A DNA stretch of 64,000 bases from Hamiltosporidium tvaerminnensis FI-OER-3-3 (GCA_022605425.2 JAKIMF020000005.1:62001-126000), one strand, 5' to 3'; shown: positions 50,421-64,000, counted from the first letter of the stretch. Numbers and translations are program-made. The notes: a model not told the origin generated them from the sequence alone.

Positions 50421-51145
50421 AGACGGGGTTTTACCACAAAAAAACTTTCTAGTTGGCAATGAATAAGTGAAGTTGAAGTAAGAAATTATTGTTTGGATTT
50501 TTAGTGGTATAAAACCACACTTCATTTTCGGTTGGTGTATGGGAGTTGTTATAAGGAGTATAAGGTCTTGAAATGGCGAACGTTTTTGTATAAATATATC
50601 TTTTGGTTTTTTTTCTATCAAGAAATAGAGACCACAGCTAAATTTATAGGTAGTTGCCATCTAAAACATGAAACCTAGCCTTGCTTACTCGAATTAAAAG
50701 ACTTAACGCCTAGGGGATATAAAAGTAAAACCATTGAAAGCCGGGAGACCTAAGTAGCAGGTTATACCTTAAGTATGACATTGCCCGTCTAAGTGGGGCC
50801 ATGTAAATCTCTAAAATATATCTTAGCTAAAAGTTTATTGTGTTTAGAAAGCGTAGAGTAAGTGGGAATGCTGCATAGTCTTGGGGGGGGCCCAGGGGGC
50901 TTCGGCCTTCGATTACACTTCATGCAAAAGACTATACGAACACCGGGCAACTGCATCGCCTATTAATTAGGTTATATACACTTGGTAGATTAAAGCCTTT
51001 GGGACCTAGGTATCCCAGGGGGTACTGATGGAGTGCTCGGGTAGCTGTTATTTATGTTAAACCTAGAACTGCGCTAATGCCATGAAAACAAATATAACAC
51101 TTGCTACAGTTTTAAAAAGATGAAATATTTTTAAATAAAATATTC
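50421..51145 (+). repeat. Module M copy M2 (standalone, no adjacent RLE copy)
   Basis: Colinear with the reverse complement of 23491-24221; same 3' end (CATGAAAACAAATATAACACTTG...AAATAAA). Confidence 0.9.
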
Positions 51146-52601
51146 AAGTTTATTTTTTTAGAAGTTTATATGATACTTTAAAAATTTGATTTCAAATATT
51201 AATAATTTTATTGAAGAAATAAATTTTAGAAGTAACAAAACATATAATGAGTTCTCAGCCTCAAGACTTTTTAAGAAGTCATTTTGACCCGTATGCCAAA
51301 AGATTTAGCGACTCTTGATTAAATCCTTTGAAAATGCTTAGAATTTTTTAAATCACACGCTTCATCTCATGCTTTAGTAATTAACTTAACCGCTGTAATA
51401 AGGTTGATATAAAAATTTCATCATAAGTCATCGTATAGGTTTTTTAAAGGTATGTTAAATAAAGTTTTAAAATAAATTTAATTTGCACTATAAAGAATTT
51501 TCAATCGATTATATAATCTAGCAATGTCCTGATGAAAAGAAAAACGACCCTTTTTGAAATGCTTAGATAGTTGAAAACCGAAACAGTTAATAAAAGTATT
51601 CCGATTACGATTCTTCGCAAGTTTTTTAATTGATTACAAAATATTACAGAAACATTAAAAATTCAAAGTCAAACTTGAAATACTTGAAAGGTCAATGGGG
51701 TAAAAAAACTATCACGTTAAGTATTTTTCTACATCTTTTTAAGTTTTATAGCACCCATCAATAATAACATTACAAAATATATTTTTTGTTCCTAATTTTT
51801 TCTTTAAACTTTTTAAAATTATATAAACAACAATAGAATTAAATAATAACTCAAAGTTTTTCCCAAAACAAGATTTATATATCGACTAAATACTCCATAT
51901 AATAATCCTGTTTGTATAATATCATAGAAAACTTTCATACCTGCTCAAATTTGAGGAACTAAGATGAGATTTCATATATGTTTTTAATCGACAAACATAT
52001 TACACGCGAATTCTAAGGCTTTTTTGGACAAAGAAAAAGATAGCCTTAAAGTAAATTAAATTAGTTCGAAATTTTATAAAACTATGTTGGAAATTGTACT
52101 GAGCAAACTTAAAATAATTTATGTAACTACATAAAGATATAACAAAAGAAAAAAATACGGATTTATTTTGCAATATTCCGAAAAATGGGAAGAAAAAGCA
52201 CAGCAGAGCTAAAATGCAGACATCAAAGACCAAAAACCCAGGAGCAAATAAAACATGAGAAGATTAAATCTTATGCGAGAAGAATATGAAATTTGAATGA
52301 ATATCACCAAAAAATATAAACAACTAAAAAACTGATTTCATCATAAAACTAAAAGTGTTCGGTCCAGCCAGCTTTAAAACCAAAAATTTATAATTAAAAA
52401 GACACTCAAATAAATATAAAATAATAAAAAAGTTAATTATCCCAAAAAAGTGTTAATTATTCTAAAAAAAAAGTTGACAGTGTCAAATTTAAACAAAAAA
52501 ATATTTAATTGTCATTTGAAAATGTCAATATTTGAAAGCAGTTATAGCTTTTATAGTAAATTATTTAAAAAGTATTTTTGAGTTACGAAATGTATATTCA
52601 A

Positions 52602-55600
52602 ATGAAAATTGAATGGAAGAACGTAAACATAGGCCTAATCAATAAAAATAGAAACAGGATACTAAATACGTTCTTTTTATAAGTGATTCGAATGGAATTG
52701 TACGATCTGGTTCAAAATGTGCTATAATTGGACTAAGTGGAAGCGATAAAACCACACTTATAAAATTCTTGACGGGACGAATACCTCTTGGCTTAAAAAC
52801 AAAAGGTAAAATACTGGCAGATAGAAAGAGAGGGATTATGAAACATAGTCTAAGAGCATGGGATATGTTGTTCAGGAGGCTTGTATTTACCAGAAGTTAA
52901 CTATTTATCGAACAGTTTCGTATGCAGACAAATTCAGATTTAAGTAAAAATATTGATATTAATAAAAATTTAGCAAATTTATTGGAAGAACTTGATATTT
53001 TAAATATTTCCGTTTTCTAAATGACATGAATTTTTGATGGTGAAAGAAAACGGATCAAGATTGTGATTGAGTCTATACTGATCCACATATTATATTTTTA
53101 GATGAACCTAAAAGCGGATTATATTAATTTTCTTTATTTTAACAATAAACTTATTGAAAGTTTTAGCAGAAAGTAATAAAATGAGAGTTATTTTTATAAT
53201 CCACCAGCCATCTATTGAAATGTCCAATACTTTTGATCAACTTTTAGTACGTTCGAATTTTCATAAAGTATATTATGGAGAAGCTAAAAAGCAAAGAATA
53301 CTTACCTCTTTGGACCTCAAAGAAAGAATTAACGATATTTCCTGATTTTTTAGCAGAGGCATTAAAATTCAAAAAAAAGTATCGTGAAATTCCAAAAACC
53401 AAGCTATTTTGTCCAAGATGATAAATTATGTAAATATAAATATCACGAGTGACTTTGCTGGATAAGTTTTAAGTACTAATAGTACTATATTGGTAGATAT
53501 TAAACCTACCTACAAGCCTATTATCACACTTTTAAAGAGAAGATTTCAACTTATTTAACAGCAAAAAAATTGTAATCTTGGTTTTGATTTGTGGACTTTC
53601 ATTGTTTTTTTCATACAATTTTAGTCAGAAATTTCGAACCAAGTACGGATGGTTCAAACATATTTTGAAAAGGTTAAGTTAATCTGAAAACTTAAATTAA
53701 ACCAAATGGGGAATGCTTGAAAAATCTTCTTTTTGGTTTTTCGCAATGAAATAGTTAAATTATTCGAGCGGGCAATTTTTGTAAGTTATTTATCGGTTTT
53801 ATTTGCAAATTTGTTCATTCGTTCTGTTGGTGTATTCCGCAAAGGAATAAAAAGGTAAAAAGAGAATGCGGGTTATCCACATATTCCATTATTTCAGTAT
53901 TTGTTTTAGAGAGATTCTGTTATCTGCCATTTATTACTATTATTGCATTATAATAAGATTTCGTGGCAAAATTTTTTTCATTTTGAATTTTATATATTTC
54001 TTTTGGGTGCAATGATAGGATATTTACCCTTTCTTTTATTTTTGGTTTTTGACCAAGAGAACAAAGACAGTGTACGTTATAGTTGGTTTTCTTAGATTTA
54101 TTTGGCTTTTTCTACCAACATTGTATGCCGTTGCAAAGAATATTGCTTATACTTTTCAGAATTCAACTTCAAGTTATTTGTTTAACCGTTTGACTGCTAC
54201 GCGGCGCGAATGCGCTTCGTTCTTGTTCAACGCGACGCGCGCTTCGCGCTGCCGCCGGTGTCTTTTGTTCGTGAATTGAACGTAGTCTGACCTCGCGGTA
54301 CTTTGTAACACGGTGTATTCTAACTAACTTTTTACCGTTTTTATATATTATTTAAAAATATAACCATGTCCGGACTATTATTTCGGACGTTGATTCGATT
54401 GCTGGATTCTGGGATGGTGATTGGTGGTGACACGTGTGATGATGATATTATAACTCATGGAAAAGACTGAGGATTGGTGGTCTTCACTCATCTTTCTTCA
54501 AGCGGAAACACCAACTTTTACGAATATTCCTCCGACTAATGTGTTTTCCAAGCACAATATTTCGACTCCTGGACCTGAGTGCGCCTCCCCGTGCTTCCGG
54601 AACTTTTCATTTATTTTACCCATCCTTTGAACCATTGGAACACTCGATATGCTACCCGTTTGCCTGCACTGTTTTAAATAATTCTTGGAAAGTGGACGCC
54701 GACACGATATCGAAATCAAGCCTTTATTGGTCTTACTCGAATGGGGATTCGAAGGCCACAATTGATGTTATTGGGACGGTTCCGGATTATGGTTTAGGAC
54801 ATGTTTTGGGATGGTTTCACTGATTTTGAAGTTTTTCACTTGATTGACAATACGTCATTATTTGAACCGGACATCCGAATTATGACCCATGGGGGTTTGA
54901 TATGCTTGTCAACATGGTACTGTTTGGGCATATATACCATCACATTCTTCGACGTCGTTGTTGGTACTCTGTTTCTGTAAACATTCCCAACAAACACCAT
55001 GGGGGTATTTGGATGTTGTGACTCATTAATATTGCTTGGGTTTTGTACGGGGCTAAATACGATGACATTTGTAAAAATATGGCCTTGGTTTACGGTTGGG
55101 AATTGCTTTACTGGCATTATCTGTTCGGGCTATTCTGTTTACGATATTTTAAGCTTCCTTGGCCAGCCCTTTTGAACAAATACTTCTACTGGAACATTAG
55201 ACGTACGGATCCTGCTGAAGCAATCGTGGGCGAAACTGGCACTGAATGTTTGATGTGCTCTTTCGGAAAAGTCCAAACCAACCCGTTACTGATTTCATCA
55301 ATTCGATACTAATGTGTGCGATGGGAATTTTGATACGAAGTGAAACCGCATGATCTGCTACATAATACATGGTGGGTGGACGTGGTGCTATAGTGTATTT
55401 GACGCGAGAACCCTAGTATTGGGGTGTATCACGTTTTGGATGGTGCTGAACTCTATATTTTATATGTTTAACACTACTGAAAAATGAACCGGTATTTACG
55501 AATTATTGACGACATCGGTGGATGTCCTAAAATGCGTTTACACTTCTCCATAATAATTTGCGCTTGAATACCGGGTCGTACTGCATATGGGGTGAGGAGC

Positions 55601-56233
55601 GGGATCGGATCCCACCTTTTGGCTTGTTGTAAGGCCTTCACGCTTTTTGGGATGTTGTATACTATTTTTAGTAGGTATTTTTCACCTCTGAACGATCCTT
55701 TCGTCACACTGGTGTATCTATATATTTTTTGATACTCCTGTGTATTATCATGACTTGTATCATGTCCTGTGCCCGCCGACATCGAATACACGTGTGATCT
55801 GAAAATCATAACTTAGTTATTTTTATAAATTTTAATTTTTAAGACCACTTGTTTTATGTTATCATACACTTGTTACTTGTGTTGTGCGAACTATATATAT
55901 AAAAAAATTGACACATTTATGTCGTTTTTATTGTGGGTTAAATTATTAACCATTTTGCTACCCGCAATGTATTAATCCTTAGTTTTTATAGTGACGTATA
56001 AGAATAAAATATCTTATTCGAATTATTATCAGAGAATTCTTATTATAAGACTATTTGTGACGATTTGGCAAGATATCTTTATACTATTGGTCATAAATGC
56101 TATCTTCTTAGATGAGTTTTTTATTTTTATTATAACATAAGGATTTATATTAATTTATCAATTTTAGCATTGTCATATCGATTAAGGCCTTATATTAGAT
56201 TAAGCTTATCGAAACAAAAATATTTTTTTTAAT
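52602..56233 (+). pseudogene. ABCG (white-like) half-transporter pseudogene interrupted by piggyBac
   Basis: MKIEWKNV; decayed Walker A AIIGLSGSDKTTL; GYVVQE; Walker B IIFLDEP; H-loop IIHQPS. The TM domain rejoins in frame across the insertion (SSYLF|KLLTILLPAMY). Confidence 0.85.
54186..55937 (+). mobile_element. Decayed piggyBac DNA transposon with TTAA TSD
   Basis: TTAA at 54182-54185 and 55938-55941; ends CCG.../...GGG; frameshifted transposase motifs EIK(A)FIGL..MG, KFFHLIDN, PNKHH.GI, CDS and a YN.YMGGVD-like motif; clearly GC-richer than its flanks. Confidence 0.85.
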
Positions 56234-56679
56234 CCGACTGACTTTTATCCATTTAAATTTAGATTTTTATTATCTGAAATTATTTCAATCATAAAATTCC
56301 TAAATATAAATATTATTGTGTTCATAAAAATATTATTTGAAAATAAAAGAACAAATTTCAAAAAATAACAGTATTATTATTTATCTATATCAGTTCTTTC
56401 CTCGTTTTATCTGGCAAGTTATTTGCATATAACAAATTTATAAATTCTATTAAATTATTGATTTGAAAATAAAAAGATACATTTTACAAGTTACTATTGT
56501 TCAAAATAGAAAAATTTTACGTTAGATATATTTTTAGAATATTTTGCAAATTTATATTATAAAATGAAATCCTTAGGAATACTTTTTGAAAGTTTTAAGA
56601 CACAAAGTATACATTTAAAGACTTAGAATTCTTAATCTTCTTTATAGAATTCTTTTTTATTATTTTTATCTTCGTATAT

Positions 56680-57600
56680 TTCATATTGTATCCATAAAGG
56701 AAATATATTCTGGGGAGAAGATGGTATGTGTCAACACGGCGGCAAGTCTGGTAAAACTGTAGATCATCTAGCAACTCGATGTGAAAAAATGCTAGACCAT
56801 GACCATACCAGAGGACATAATTAAGTGGTTAGATGCCAGCATCTTCTACTGCTAAATAGATATAAGTTATAGTCTTCAAAAGATTTTAACCCAGTTAGTA
56901 CAAAAAATTCTTGATAATGAGTATGCGGAGATAAGAGTGTGTACTAGGATAAAAACGGGTGTTAAGATCAGGAATAACAGACCCGACATATATATTTTAG
57001 ACAAGAAGAAGAATAAGATAACACCTTTTGAAGAAGGAATCACTTCCCAAGATTCACTTCAAATAGTTGAAACTGAAAACTTAGAAATTATGATAATCTA
57101 ATCAGATTTTAGGTCTTATTTATAAATATAGTGCGGATATAATTCCGTATGTGATGACCGGAAACGTATTGTGACAAAACACCCTAAATCATATCACAAA
57201 AGACTGCAAATACCCATGAATGTAGAGACATAGATTCAATCGATATGACTTAACAATACAGCCGAAACAATATTCTTTGATCAACAGGATGACTTGATTC
57301 GGGAACAAATGCCGAAGAGAGCTGGAAAAGAAAGTCATTAAGTGTTATTAAGAGAGTCGAGTTTCACGATGAACCAACACATACTTTAAAACAAGCGAGC
57401 ATCGAGCACGATATGTTAAAAATGTTAAATGGAGGAATAATACATTCTTTATTTCAAAAAAAGAACCACATTAGAGTAACCAAAAATAAACATAAATGAA
57501 ATTAATGTCAGAATTAAAAGAAGAAAAGATGGAGGTTAGAGAACCGAAGAAAATATTAAAAGTATATAAATGGTTTAAACCCTGAAATTTATTGAATAAA
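56680..57600 (+). mobile_element. 5'-truncated RLE retrotransposon copy R7
   Basis: CQHGGKSGKTVDHLATRCEKML, NNRPDIYILDK, GITSQDSLQIVETE; 3' end AACCCTGAAATTTATTGAATAAA. Confidence 0.9.
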
Positions 57601-57677
57601 CTATTTATACATTTCATTGCAGAGTTAAATTATTAATCTTATTTTTAATTATGATTTTAAATATGTTTCTAAATATA

Positions 57678-58398
57678 GTGGAGGGGAGGATAACCACATA
57701 AAAAACTTTTTGCTTGGCAATGAGATCGTGAAACTGGCGTGAAGATCATTGCTTGGATTTTTGGTGGAAAAAAAACCACACTGCATCTTCGGTTGTTCCA
57801 TGAGAGTTGTCATGAAGAGAAGAGATCTACGAAATGGCGAACTTTTTCTACAATTTTTTTGGATGTTTTTTATTTAATTAGATTGCCGACCATAGCTGAA
57901 TATGTAAGTAATTGCTATGTAAAACATTAAACTTAGCCTTTTACACTTGGTTTAAAAGACTTGGCGCCTATAAGATATAAAAAGAAAACCTTTTAAAGCC
58001 GAGAAAACCAATATGATGATTATAACTGTTAGTATGACACTGCACCGCTTAGGTGGACCCCATATAAGTCTCTGGAATATAACTTGGCTATAATTTTATT
58101 GGGTTCAGAAAATGCAGAGTAAGTGAGAATGCCGTGTGTCTTGGGAGAGATCAGGGAGGATTCGACCTTCGATCACACACCATGCAACAGACATTAACGA
58201 ATTCCCAGCACTTCCTAGCTTATCAAGTAGGTTCTACACACTTGGTAGATGAAAGGCTTTGAGACGTAGGTATTAAAGTTGGTACTGATGGATTATTGGG
58301 CCAGCAGTTAATTATATTAAACCTAGATCGGGGTTAATGTCATGAAAACAAATATAACATTTTCTACTATTTCAAAAAGATGTGATACTTTAAATAAA
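57678..58398 (+). repeat. Module M copy M3
   Basis: Starts GTGGAGGGGAGGATAACCACATAAAAAACTTT; colinear with M1/M2 through to the final AATAAA. Confidence 0.9.
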
Positions 58399-58437
58399 GA
58401 TTGTAAAATATATGTTTCTAAACAAATTATGGATTTA

Positions 58438-58474
58438 TAATTTATATTTTATATTTTATATTTTATATTTTATT
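58438..58474. repeat. (TTTTATA)n minisatellite, ~5 units
   Basis: Directly visible. Confidence 0.7.
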
Positions 58475-59649
58475 CTAAAAATTATACTAAAAGCGCATAA
58501 ATATTTGAAAAAATAATTTAGTATAATTTTGAAAAGATCAAATAAGGCTAATAAAAATTTGGGATCATCAAATCTTACTTGGTACCAGATGAGATGATAA
58601 ATCTGTTTAACTCAACTCTCTAGGCTCAATACTAAGCCAATCTTGAATATATTTCTCTCCAAAGACAACTGAAATTTCAAAAAGAAGCCATCATATGCTC
58701 GATTCAATAAGAAGCAACTTAAAAAAATTTGTAAAATATTTTATTCTAAAAAAATGTCGTATAACTCCGAAGACGAAATAAACAAAAAATTTCATACAAA
58801 AATTTACACAAAAAATAGGGAAAATTATGGTTGCAAAAGAATAAATTGAAATTAGTTTTATTATACCTTTCGCACCAGTTTATAAACAGCCTTCATTAGA
58901 ATAGATCAAACCAGGACATTTATAAAACATTCAGTCTCAATGAAAAAGGATTGATCGTAAAACAGGCTAAGATACGCTCTTTAAATCTCTATATATTGCC
59001 GAAGTCTTTTCGATTGAGAATTTTCACCTGTACGTAAATTTACCGAGAAATGTTATTTAATTTTGTTCTCATGCTCCTTTTTGCAAAATTTTATAAACTC
59101 GTAGCTAATTTCCTCTCTTTTTTTTTTTAATTTCATCTATTATTAGTTATTTTAATAACGCCGAAGTTGAGTAAAATTGAAGACAATGCCGATGTGTCAA
59201 ATTCTTTGAACCCAAGAGTCAGTCCTTATACACATTTTGTTTTAAATAACTTAACAGAACTACTACAAAGGAAAAGCGCAAATATAAACGTTTCGTTTTC
59301 GATATTTATGTTTTCAGAAAGCAGTTAAACTACCAGGTTATCTTAAGAAAAACACAAATTGAGAATCTTTCGTGCTGATGTATACAGTTTTTCTACTTTT
59401 ACGAAAAATACTTGCTATACTTACGCTAATTTTTATCAGATTTTTTTGTATTTCTGTTGTAAACTCGAGTTTGAGTATGACATTAACACGCCCTAAATAG
59501 TTATTTCGTTTACCCCAAGAAAGAGTGAAAAATAAACCAAACAGAAGACCTTCATTTCACAAACAATCTTTCTTGGATACTTCTTCAACGCCGGCACACG
59601 GCAGTATACTTTTCTTTTTAAGCTACAATCGATTTATACATTTGGTTTT

Positions 59650-59718
59650 TGGTTTGAGTTGTAATGCGAACCTCGGAATTTAATTCTGAAGAGCCGGATT
59701 CGATCCCCGGTTAGTCAC
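59650..59718 (+). tRNA. Degenerate tRNA-like sequence (Gln-like; anticodon position reads TTA), probably a pseudogene or SINE head
   Basis: Anticodon arm TCGGA-ATTTAAT-TCTGA; T arm CCGGA-TTCGATC-CCCGG; T5 just downstream. The acceptor stem and D arm are poor. Confidence 0.4.
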
Positions 59719-60699
59719 GCTTTTTATTTCGTTAAGAAAGCTCGCGTGAAGCTTACAACCTATCAATTCAAAGAAAATTGTCTTTGGAACGCCTATAACC
59801 TGGCAACACTAAGCATTATTTTCGAATCGGGATTCATCCGAGGGAAAGAGCGAGCTATCAAATAAATAAATCTCAACTGCAAAGACAACACGTCTTTAAA
59901 TTGAACTTAATATAACTTACCAAGTGCCTATTATCTTCCTAGTTTAAAGTTTACGAATTTGTTAAACAATTTTTTTTATCAAAAACCAAGCGAATATTAG
60001 GCTCATATAGATCGAGTGATATGCAATCCTATGGTTTTTGCATTTTTCGAGATAACCAATTTTTTTACCTGTTTTTTGAACTCTAAGCATCATTTCTCTG
60101 TACAGAATTTTACTCCAAAAAGGAAAGAAAAAGCAATGCGTTTACATCTCTTTACACAGACACTTTAAATTTTAAACCAAGTACAAGCATTCAAGAAAGC
60201 AAAAAGCATATGATACGTAGCTTTGCAAAATATATGTGTGTAATTGTTTACTTAGATCTTGCGAAGTTAATGAGTAAAGGTTACAGTAGAGTAGCGTTAG
60301 GACAAAAAACGGTAAAGAGTAAATTAGTGAACTAAGAACGAGTTCTGTACATCTTCTCGGTAATAGTTTATTAATTTTTTTGAATTTGTAATTCTATTTA
60401 GTTAGTAAATTTAGAGGAAACGAAAAAAAAATTAAACCAATAGATGTAATTTCTATTGAGAATCAAAAAAAACCATTAAAAAATAAAGAAAGTATTCGAA
60501 ATTATTGAAGCGGCATTTTGTCTAATGCGGTATATATTTTGATATAACGCATCTCATTATGTCTAGTTTTTGGCCAAATCTATACTATAAATTCGTAATG
60601 TATTTAAAAATTACGTAATTCATCTGGAAGACCTCCGGATCAAATCAAAATCAAGAATCAATTGTTTTAATGAACAGAAATTGTAAATTTGGCGTTTGC

Positions 60700-61300
60700 T
60701 AATTTTTATAAAGCGAGAGAACAAATGTACAGTGAAATCGTCTTTTATATTTACTTTTGTATGAAAATTTGATAATATAATATATTTTTTTAAAATAGCT
60801 TAGATCTCTGCAATAGAGACACTGACTCAAATATTTGCAAAATGATTTCCGTTTAATTCTTTGTAGCTTAAATCAATTCAGAAGCAAAACAATTAGTTTT
60901 AACAAAATAAATCTCGGTTCATTTTTTCGAGGAAAACAAGATATGATAGATGATGATAAATATTTATTTTCATAATCTGAGATTTGCTCAAATAAAGCCT
61001 TTATTTTGAATTTAAATATACATTACAAACGTTTCAGATTTGAATTTTCTCGATACTGCTTTATTATAACATTCAGATATGCTTTATGAGAAGAGGATGA
61101 AGATTTGACAATTATTTAGCAAATTTCTAATAATTAAATAGTTTAATTTCAGTGCTCCTACTAATTCATCTTAAACGTTCTTTGTCAAAAGACATCGAGC
61201 TACAAAAAACTTTACTATCTCGATTTATGCTTTAAGCATCGAAACTATATTAAACAATTCACAATGGTTTATCGTTAGCTTAATAATTTTTTTCTGTGAT
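60700..61300 (+). pseudogene. Possible decayed LRR-family fragment
   Basis: LRSLQ-type fragment and composition like the 29300-31270 pseudogene; no long frame. Confidence 0.25.
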
Positions 61301-64000
61301 ACGCGGCTTTTCTTATTTATAGCTCTTTCTTAAGAATATTCTAGGAATATTCCGCAATAGAATTATATTTCTTCAATTATAACGCAGCATATTTTGTTTT
61401 GTCTACCATAGTTGCTGTCCAGTCGTCTATATTTAATGCGACTTATTAAGGAAATCATTTATTTTTTCTTAAGATTTCTACTGGTTGGAAAAGATTGTTT
61501 AAGGTGGTATCGTCAAATGTGCTGGTGAATGACCAGCTCTTTACAAATCATCTGTTTATATCGATTCTTTAAATAAAAATAGGCAATAGAAGCAAATAGC
61601 AACAGCAACATTACCATATAAAGCTATTAAATATTATACCTACAGCATTATTTGTTACCCAAATTTTTTTCAACCATCAATAAACCATCGATAAGTTGTG
61701 TATTTGTTTGCCGAAACAAAGAAATCAAAATAAAAACATTTTTTGCAAAGCTTTTACTACAACTCTATACATAAACTCTTTATCAATACTTTTAGAAAAA
61801 CAAGATAACATTTTTTTGTTTTTAAATAAATCTATAACTTGATCTAATTTTTTTCATTAACAATAACCCAAGATTTGTAAAATTTTAATATATATGTTTT
61901 TTCTTTCTTTTAATTTTTAATACTTTGAGATGTCCGAAATAAATTTTCGACTTTGAAAATTATTTTTGCATACAATTACTTTTAAGAAAAATTTATTTAA
62001 ATTAAAGCCACCGAAACCACAGTTTTTTTCTTAAATTCATTGCTAAGTCTATTTATTCAAAAAAATCATTTTTTAGTATTTAAAAGTACAAGCTCACGTG
62101 TCAAATACTAATTGATGGCATTTTGTTTTGGATTAGAAGCCTAAACCACTTTTTAAAATTGCAATTCTATGCTTATAATTTTTAAAAATCACATAAAGTG
62201 CTTTAGCCCATGAACAGAGATGTCTATGCCTAGCCACATTAAACCGTATAATGCTTTGAAGAAAGTCACAAAAACATAAACTAACAATTAATTCAAAATA
62301 AATTGATTCAATCACATAAAATTTCTGATCCAAAAGAAGAGACAAAAAAATACAAATAATTCCAGCGCGTAATTATAAAAAGAGATATGGACAATAAATA
62401 GACTCTATGGTAATCTATACAACAATTCATTTAAATATGTAGACAAAGTGTTTATTGCACATGATTTTAATAATATCATAAAAGAAGGAATAAATAACAA
62501 TTTTTTTTCTTTTTCATAAAAATCAAAAAGACTATAAATCAACTTTTCGTCATTAAATACTGTCTACTTATTGTTAAATATAATGCTAACCCTATATCCA
62601 TTATAAAAAAACCTTTATAGTATATAAAAGAGCCGTACGAAAGATCAAAACGTTTTATAACCAAACTCGAGTTTAAATTTTTTTATCTCAATCGTTTTAA
62701 AAGACATGAGTAAAAATTTAAAGAAGATAGAGATATTTTTTCAAAATTAAAACATAAAGTGGGTTTGGGTTCAAGTATCACAATCTAAGCTACTAATATA
62801 AATTACCCAGAAGTTTTTGAACAAAATCAGTATATAATTCATCTAAAGTTTCATAAACGAAGAACCACATACTTAAACTACACATATGTAGTTAAACATA
62901 AGGAAATCAAAGAATGCCTAATCTATGCATGCGTTGCATCGTCATTCATGATACTAAAATTTATTATATAGTTCGAGTATTGACACAGAAAAGATTTTAA
63001 ATATAGATAAATTACAGAATTTTGGTTTTCAATAATCATCATAATTAGACTTATATGATGATTCGCACCATTAATTAATAATTTTTCGGCATATAAATTA
63101 TTTGACTGACAAATATTTTATTGTTCGCGGAGTGTATTTCTTGCGATTAACATTCTTGAGTTTTTCTAATTATTTGAGTCAGTATGTTGGTTCAAGTTTT
63201 ATTATCAGAAATAAATATTCCTTACCTAGCATCCACATTTACCAAATTATATCGTAGCTTAAGAAAATATTAGCTATTTATTATAAAATTGAGCATATTC
63301 GTACGCTTCTCTTAACTACAATGGATATTATAAGATATTCAAATAAACCGATCTAGAATAGGTTCCGCCAATAAATTGTAAAGCATTTTTTCTGCATTTT
63401 TTAAGTTACGAACGAAATAAATGTATCATCCTCACTGTATCCTAATTTTTAAGAATTTAATTTTTGGTTATGTCAAGACTTTGCTAGCTTGTTATCACAA
63501 AAAAATTATCTAAAATAAGTGTTCGAATAAGATTTGTATTTGTGTCAACAAATCTTTACTTTGAAATTTTGTTAAAATTATTTGTAAATATGAGCGTGAG
63601 TCGCGGCAAAGATAAACATATATCCTGCAAATTCACATACATAAATCCTTTAAAATCTGCTGAATATGATGTTAAAAGAATTTTAATATTTTTAGAAATA
63701 ATTTAGAATTAAACATAAACTATAACTTTTAATATTTATATTTCTAAAATATTGAATTTAGGAATTCTAAATGTGATTTTGAATGTATCTGTTTGTCATG
63801 ATGAATAATAGTCTTGGATAATTCAGTAAAAAATACGTATTAAATTCTCGATACTATTGATAATAAGTTTAAAACTCTGCTTTGGTGCACAAAGAGATAC
63901 TTAAATTAAGTTAGTGCAATTGATCAGTGTATACAAAAATTAGAAATTTCTATGTTTATGCATACATGCCAAAAATAGAAATATGCCATATGAATGTTCG

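Noticed and set aside
61250-62450. Possible membrane-protein pseudogene on the minus strand
   Set aside because: Hydrophobic fragments only, which are expected by chance in T-rich DNA.

Overview
This is a very AT-rich, gene-sparse eukaryotic region. It is most consistent with a large-genome microsporidian (Hamiltosporidium-like; an inference from CCC motifs just 5' of ATGs, intronless ORFs, a compact eukaryote-type TyrRS and expanded divergent LRR genes). Intact genes: one housekeeping gene (tyrosyl-tRNA synthetase), a 975-aa LRR protein and three orphan ORFs, two of them with secretion or membrane signals. Two long genes are broken only by in-frame stops, and there are several LRR and ABCG pseudogenes. 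Mobile DNA is dense: seven 5'-truncated copies of a non-LTR retrotransposon with a restriction-like endonuclease (RLE), a decayed piggyBac inserted at TTAA in the ABCG pseudogene, and Tc1 and Merlin relics. The main unexplained feature is a ~730-bp GC-richer, non-coding, helix-rich repeat ('module M') present five times with shared ends. Two RLE copies sit directly upstream of it in the same orientation. A 14-bp target-site duplication (TSD) shows that at least one of them inserted independently ~8 bp from M's 5' end. This suggests a multicopy structured RNA/SINE paired with, or targeted by, the retrotransposon. All alignments and helices were read by eye; no searches or folding programs were run.
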